Below, piece after piece: positions 56,144 through 64,000 of a DNA stretch of 64,000 bases (the stretch's first letter is position 1; every line of letters starts with the position of its first letter). A program made the translations under genes and the position numbers. The stretch comes from Eledone cirrhosa. Lineage: Eukaryota. Under the pieces are notes generated by a model that saw only the letters and a list, made by a program, of their open reading frames with translations, searched no databases and was not told the origin of the DNA. The DNA lies in the NCBI GenBank assembly GCA_964016885.1, contig OZ024740.1, forward strand, positions 95,232,001-95,296,000, in the 5' to 3' direction.

Positions 56144-57636
56144 AATATATATATATTGTGTGTATGTATGTGTGTGTATATATGTGTGTGTACATGTGTG
56201 TGCGTACGTGTGTGTGTGTGTGTGTGTGTGTCTGTGTGTAAATATTCTTGAAATATGAACCTTACAATCTGTTTTGAAATATAAACTGACAATATAATGT
56301 GTATATACGCATTGCTATTAAATGATTATTTGAAAGTAGTTAGATATACTTGTATGCATATATGCAAATACGGAAGCAGTCAGGTCTATATGTATGTTTA
56401 AACGTATGTGTCTATGACCACACAATTAATAGCCCATAATATATGTTTGGTAATCCAGTTTGGGAATCTGGTTAATCCACCACCTTCCATACATTCACTA
56501 GCCGATAAGTAGACATTTGTCAACATATTTTGAGCGATTGACGTCCTTCATACAATTATTAATTGTTCATAATTTTCTTAAATTTGTCATCATAATTTGA
56601 CATCAATACTTGAACTCAAGAAGGTCAGTGTATATATTCAGAGTTGTAATGTCGCATTCATTTTCAGATATTACTGGAAGAGTTTAGAATTATTATTTTC
56701 GTTATGTGAAAATAAGGGTGTTAGATTAGCAGAATATTTACGGCATCGGTCAAATACCTGCGGCAAATACTGAGATAACAGCATAGATTTGCTAAGGGGC
56801 TCCTGTGTATATTGCATGAATTCCCAAACCCTACGCTATTCCATCATCAATCGATATATGTAAATTATGCTCTGCATCAAATAATACATATAGATAACCT
56901 TAGTTGGTTGATTTCCAAATGCATGGCTTTTTTTGAATATTTCCCAGTTGTATTTTCATATGTTGAAGGGCATAATAAGCAAACGATGTGAGCTATGATT
57001 CATCTTGGAGCAAATTTCTTTTCTAGATGTACGGAAACACATTAATATGGTTCCTTTAAATTCTCTAACAAATGGACATGCAATTGTGATTCCTCTTGAG
57101 GTATTCTAAGGTATGTGGTTTTCGCTTCATTTTGAGATGGTGTTTCAAAGATTTATAGTTTTTATAATAACTTTTATAATAACAAAATGTCGGAGAATTC
57201 ACCTTCATGTCGTCTTCGAAATTGTTTGGTCCGGTAATAATTTGAAGGCAGGTAAAGAGTTATCACCAGATATTAAAAAAAAAATTGAACTGGTCTGTTA
57301 TGTACATTTCTATGTATTATATGTATAACATATATTTAAACATAATCTGCGTTTACAAAATCCGTGTGACGTAGATGCAGGTTTACATAAACATTAATGA
57401 GTTTTTGTTATAAATATTTATGTTAAATTTGATAATATAGAAAGGAACAAGTGTTGCTTAGAAGTGTTGATTAAAAGGCAACTACAGAATATAATAGTTA
57501 TAGTAAGATAACAAAGATGTATTTTCACTAAAACAGATAAGAACCCCCCCCCCCCCTATATCTATCTTTCCACACTCATACAAATATATACATACACATA
57601 TATATATATATATGTTTCGAAAGATATTCCTACTTG

Positions 57637-57677
<41 letters not shown>

Positions 57678-59047
57678 ATATGGAAAACGAAGAATCAGTG
57701 ATGCATCGAAACACGTATTACAATTGTTTATCCGGCGAACAGCTCGAAGTGCAATCTATTCCTTCATACATTTCTTTTTTTCTGTCCCTATTAGCCTACC
57801 ATAATTCTGCTTAAGTCAGTTTTTTAGATATCGTTATATAAATGATAGTAGAACATTTCATTCCTTTATATATATATTTGTAGTGAAATATTAATGTTTA
57901 TAAATTTTGATTACTTAAACCATTGCTAATATTGTATTGCCTTATTAGATATTTTAAATATTTTCAATATTAATTTATCAAATAGGGTTTTCGAGTCATT
58001 TACCTGGGTTGTTTCCTAAGTTTTTACTTAACTGCATGTGAGACCTAAGTAAATACCTTTGTTTTCGTTTTTTAATTTCCGGTTGATTGTATTTATTTAT
58101 TTATTTATTTATTTATTAATACTACTGTGCATTCTATTTTCTGTCTGGCCATTATTCACTCATCCACATATATGTCGGTTTACCAACCTTGTAATTATAA
58201 GTAATTATATATTATATTATGTTCATTATTTTATATTGTAGTTGTTATTGTACTATTGATCCATATTACTTACCGTTGATTTTATGTACCATTATGATAT
58301 GTTAAATGTTATATATCATGTAAAATGTTTATATTTTTGTACCATCATAATTTTGGGTATTGTACAATTTATATTTTTTCTCACCTACTCTGTAACTCTT
58401 TATGAATTGATTTGTTAACTTACATGCCATTATATATTATATATATTATTATGTTATTGTTATAGTATTATTGAGACATCTATATTGTTTGTGTAAATTA
58501 ATCGGAGATTATCTATTATATTATATTATATATTATATAATTATATAGTTTATTATATATTATATGTGTTACTTTTAATCATTTCATTACTTCATGTATA
58601 TTAGATATACGTAGTATTATTATTTTTATTCCTATCATGCTTACTTATATTTAAAATCTTAATAAGGTCTAATTTGTGCGGTTAATGATGGATATGTGTA
58701 TTGATGTATATGTATATGTGCGTACATGTGCGTACATATATACATATGTATATTGTGCCTTTTAATTTTAATTTTTATTTTAATATTGTTACAAGTATAT
58801 TATATTATATTATATAGTATTATATATAATTCCCGCTCTATATAACCACCTTTGTTTAGCTCTAGGTTTTTTTTTCTGCTTTGGACTATATTTGTAATAT
58901 GGTTCTAAATGTTATACACCTCCTTAGTGATTTTTATTATATATGTTTACCCATAATCTTGCAATACTTTAGTGTATGTACACTCCATATTCTTCGGAGC
59001 TTTCGGCTTGTATTGGCCGATAGTACTTGTTGTTTTAATTGTTTTAA

Positions 59048-59090
59048 TTGCCCTGGTGAGTCCTTAATAGGACGAAACGTTGTTGGCTAA
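59048..59090 (+). ncRNA. Minimal HHR of the 26.8 kb family, core mutated (CTGGTGA)
   Basis: gcc CTGGTGA gtcct taat aggac GAAA cgttg TT ggc; the same downstream sequence; ends an AT-rich PLE-UTR-like block starting near 57680. Confidence 0.72.
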
Positions 59091-59140
59091 TAAAGACTTT
59101 TGATGTATTGAAGGCTTCTTTGATTTATTTTCATAATATA

Positions 59141-59878
<738 letters not shown>

Positions 59879-60756
59879 TTTACGGAGATGTGTGTGTGTC
59901 TACCTGTATGATAGTGTGCGTGCGTGCATGAGCGTCCGTTTGTGTGGATGGACCCGTATGTTTGTGGTACTGGTAAAAATGGCGTACATTATTCGAAATT
60001 TTCAGTCATTTGCAAAACGATTCTCCCCAAAAAACATCAGTAACATCAATAATAACAGAGGTGAAATGATGTATGGTATTGTCATAACAATAGGGCGTGT
60101 GTGAGTCCAGATTTTACGTACTGCAAGGGGAATCCATTACGCCCTGCCGTATGGGATACTTGTGTACAAATATGTATGCGCCCATCAATGTACAATACAT
60201 GTGTGCGTATGTGTATGTGTGGGTGCCCACTGGTGTATATCTATAAACATCAAAGCGCATGCAAAAAAAAAAATATATATATACACACAAAAACAAGCAC
60301 AAAAACATATATATACGGTAGTAAAAATTAGGTGGAAATATCGAAGAACAAACCACTTAGTCCACAGGACGAGTTTAGTATCAATAATTAAAATAGTGAC
60401 TTAAACAGGTACACAAGTTTCGTTGGGTTCTGGACACCAACTCATTCAGAAAAACAAAATAAAAACAAAATTAATTTTCACTTTATTTTTATTTTTCTTA
60501 TGACTGACGAAATGAGTTGGTGTCCAGAACACGACGGAATTTGTATTTCTTTAAGTCCCTGTTGTGATCATATGTATATATATATATTTTTCATATATTT
60601 ACCTAAACTGCGATTCTATGTTTCTCTCTTTCTCTCTGACTGCTCCCTCGTTCTCTCTGTTTCTCTGACTTTCTTTCGTCCCCTCTGCCAGTTAACACTT
60701 TCTCTCAACTGACCTCTTCCTCGCACTTCCACTCACTCACTCTCTATTTCTACCCT

Positions 60757-61116
60757 TCTTACTTCCTCTCGTTCGCTAGGAGTCAGATTTTCCTTCTTTC
60801 TCACATCGCACTCACAGCGAAAGGTCTGTTTCCTACACGCTCATGAATTCACCCAGTTTATACTGATCGAATAACCATGTTGCTTGTTTTTCTTCCCATC
60901 TTCGGTTAGCCTTCCCTTCGTGTTGTTTACTCGTCTCACTTGCTTTACGCGTTTCACTTGTCCCAATAACTTATTTTAGTTATTGCCCGCACCAGCGTGA
61001 CGTATATGATTTTTAATGCGATGAAATACCAATGATCGTTGGCAAATCACTGATGAGGGACTAATTTTATAATATGTAATCCATGTGCAACCATGCAGCA
61101 TTCTTCTCCCCATATT

Positions 61117-61120
<4 letters not shown>
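60757..61120 (+). repeat. Dispersed repeat family X, copy 2
   Basis: Similar to 26950-27315. Confidence 0.8.
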
Positions 61121-61180
<60 letters not shown>

Positions 61181-61183
<3 letters not shown>

Positions 61184-61331
61184 AACCAGTAAGACCCCGA
61201 CAGCTGAGCTTAACGGCTTGAGCTCAGCTGTCGGGGTCTTACTGGTTCATATTACCCACTCTACTACCTCAAGTATTGAGTACTTTGATGCGTTATGGTC
61301 CACCTGGTTCCTTACCACATTTCCTTCGTTA
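61181..61331 (+). mobile_element. Mini fold-back copy of PLE terminus
   Basis: Hairpin turning in the HHR stem III region plus the shared tail. Confidence 0.82.
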
Positions 61332-61822
61332 TATATATATATATGTGTGTATATACGTATATATGTATAAATATATATGTATATATCATTACGACAGGGA
61401 CATACATAGGTACAAATTCCGTTGGGTTCTGGACAACAAATCGTTTAGTCAGTCATAAGAGAAATTGAAATGAAAATTACTTTTGTTTTTATTTTTATTT
61501 TGCTGAATGAGTTGGTAGCATTAAACTATGCGTGACCTAATGCTAGCATCATTTAATTGGGTGACGTTATTGGCCAGGAATATAGGGTATTTTAGCTTCC
61601 TATTCCTAAAAGAGTGGAGATGCGCTCGAAATCTAGTCTTTACCAACCAAGTGGTGGCCTCTATGTAATATTTGACCCTGTTGTAGCTAGTAACAGTAAA
61701 TCTATACCATTTTTAGTTAGGCATTGGCCCCGGAGCGGATTGTTAGCACGGTTAGGACAGTTGCAGTGGTTACTACGGTCCCCTCAAAAGTGGTGGAGAC
61801 ATCGCAATAATATTATCATTAA

Positions 61823-61856
<34 letters not shown>

Positions 61857-61857
61857 G

Positions 61858-63689
61858 TTCTTTGAGTCTCAGTCATTGATGTTAGTTAACTGGAAAGTTT
61901 GTTGAAATGAATATCAAGTCACTACCTGCAGTCTCAGATATTCAGGACGTATCGGAGGTGTCTTGCTATTCCCAGCAAGCATGCCTTTTGAAGCGTTCCA
62001 AAAAGCGTGGCGGGGCCAATTTTCTATAACCATCCCTGGAAACGTTTTGAGATAGTACCTAGTGCGCCTATGACAATCGGGACCACTTTGACTTCATCGC
62101 AGTTCCAAATCCTTTTTACCTCCCACTTTAAGTCCTGGTATCGGTTAATTTTCTCCCTCTCCTTCTCTTGCACTCTCGTGTCGAATGGGCAGGCCACATC
62201 CTCAATCAGGCACGATCTTTTTTCTTTGTCCAAAACCACCAGGTCAGGTCTATTGTGTTCCAGTTTCTTGTCCATCTGTATCCTAAAATCCCACAGCACC
62301 TTCACCTGATCGTTTTCCATCACCTACTCTGTTGTATGCTCATACCACTTCTCAGAATGTGGTAAATTGTTTACTTTGCATAGGTGCCAGTGGATCACCC
62401 TGCCCATCACATCATGCCTCCAGCCCTTATAGTGAGTCTGGGCTAGGTGTTTACACTCGGATACAATGTGAGCCACAGTCTCGTCTCTCTCTCCACAGAT
62501 CCTGCACAGTGGGCTAGCCTCCTCCTTGTAAATATAGTGTTTCAACCAATTCGTCTTGAGGGCCTGCTCTTGCGCAGCCATTAGCATTCCTTCTGTAGCC
62601 TTTTTAAGGTCTCCTCTTTTCAACCAGTTCAATGTCTGTGGATCTTTGAATTCAGTTTTCTCAAAGAAGGTACTATGAAGGGATTTTTCATGAAGGCTGC
62701 TCTTCCTCCTTGTTGTTATTTCCTTCCTGAATATCCCCTGGTCTATTGTCCTCTCCTTCAATACAGTTTTGAGCATTGGCTCCTTACTATCAGTCACGTA
62801 TTTGTGTAGATTGTTTTTTCTCCATCTGAACACAGTCATCTATGCTGATAAGACATCTACCACCTTCAGATCTCCTTAAGTAGAGTCTATCGACATCACT
62901 CCTCTTGTGGAACATGTTGTAGATAGTCAATAGCTTCCTAGTCTTCCTATCCATTTCTTTTTCTTCAGCAACATCCCATCTCAGAATTCCCGCACTGTAT
63001 CTAGTAATAGACACAGCTCGGGAATTTACTGCACTTATGGCATTCCTACTGTTCAGATGTGACTTTAATACGCTCCTTACTCTCCGAATGTATTCAGATC
63101 TTATCAATTCCTTCATTTTTTTGTTCTTGATTTCATCAGCCTCCAGAACACCCAAATACTTGTATCCTTCTTCAGTGTCAATTTCCTTTATCATTTCACC
63201 TGTTGGTACCTGTTGGTACCTGTATTCCGTTTCTTCTGCTCAATTTACCCCTCTTCATCACAAGGACTCCACACTTACTAATACCAAAATGCATACATAT
63301 ATCATTGCTGAAAATACGGACAGTGTCAACAAGCACATACAACTCCTCACTCTTCCCGAAGAGCTTAAGATCGTCCATGAAGAGGAGGTGATTGATGGTA
63401 AGCTCTCCCTTTCCCAACTTGTATCCTGCTCTCACTTTTCGCACTACAATGGTCAGGGGCATCAGGGCAAGGACAAACAATAGAGGGGACAGACTATCTC
63501 CCTGGAAGATACCTCTCTTGATCTTCACGCCTCCCAAGGATTCTCCAGCTGATGTTAACTCTGTTTTCCAGGACATCATAATTTTGCCCAACAACTGTAT
63601 GATGTTATCTGCCACCTTGAAGATCTCTAGGCTTTTGGTTATCCAAGAATGAGGCACCATGTCAAATGCCTTTTTGTAGTCTATCCATC
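61858..63689 (-). mobile_element. Older 5'-truncated R4/Dong-like copy
   Basis: Frameshifted RT-CCHC-RLE; (TTA)n on both sides. Confidence 0.92.
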
Positions 63690-63849
63690 ATTATTATTAT
63701 TATTATTATTATTTGCATTTATCTTGCTTTATGTGCATACGAGTTATCACCATGTCACAACCAGTGACCTCAAGAGACAACAAGCTCCGCCATGTTCAAG
63801 AAAGAACATACATATTCACACATGCATCCTTAGTGTTTAGACTTGTGAT

Positions 63850-64000
63850 GTACTTATAATTGCAGTTCCCATTAGTACTATCTTTTGTATTCCTCATATA
63901 CGCGGGATTCCTGGGATTTGCGATAAGTAGTCGTTAGACCCCTTAGGTATCATTCCCAGAGCGCCTACAACCACTGGTATTGTTTTAGTTCTCAACTTCC
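63850..64000 (-). mobile_element. 3' fragment of a different RLE element
   Basis: Minus translation KLRTKTIPVVVGALGMIPKG. Confidence 0.7.

Overview
Repeat-dominated eukaryotic genomic DNA; its SINEs, dense (TA)n/(CA)n tracts and retroelement families suggest a cephalopod such as Octopus (inferred, not verified). Main contents: (1) about seven decayed Penelope-like elements (PLEs) whose RT and C-terminal GIY-YIG motifs fit the Hydra clade, one near full length with pseudo-LTRs (44.06-48.01 kb); (2) at least six sequence-distinct type-I hammerhead ribozyme (HHR) motifs at PLE termini, three with a compensated U3-A8 core (UUGANAA) and three with a C.Y mismatch at stem II position 4; (3) about ten fold-back inserts in (TA)n tracts, each with a tail on one arm only; (4) a five-unit head-to-tail array of an R4/Dong-like RLE retrotransposon in (TAA)n, with one intact 1128-aa ORF; (5) RTE fragments, tRNA-derived SINEs and a few candidate host exons. 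Everything was read by eye, so element boundaries are approximate.
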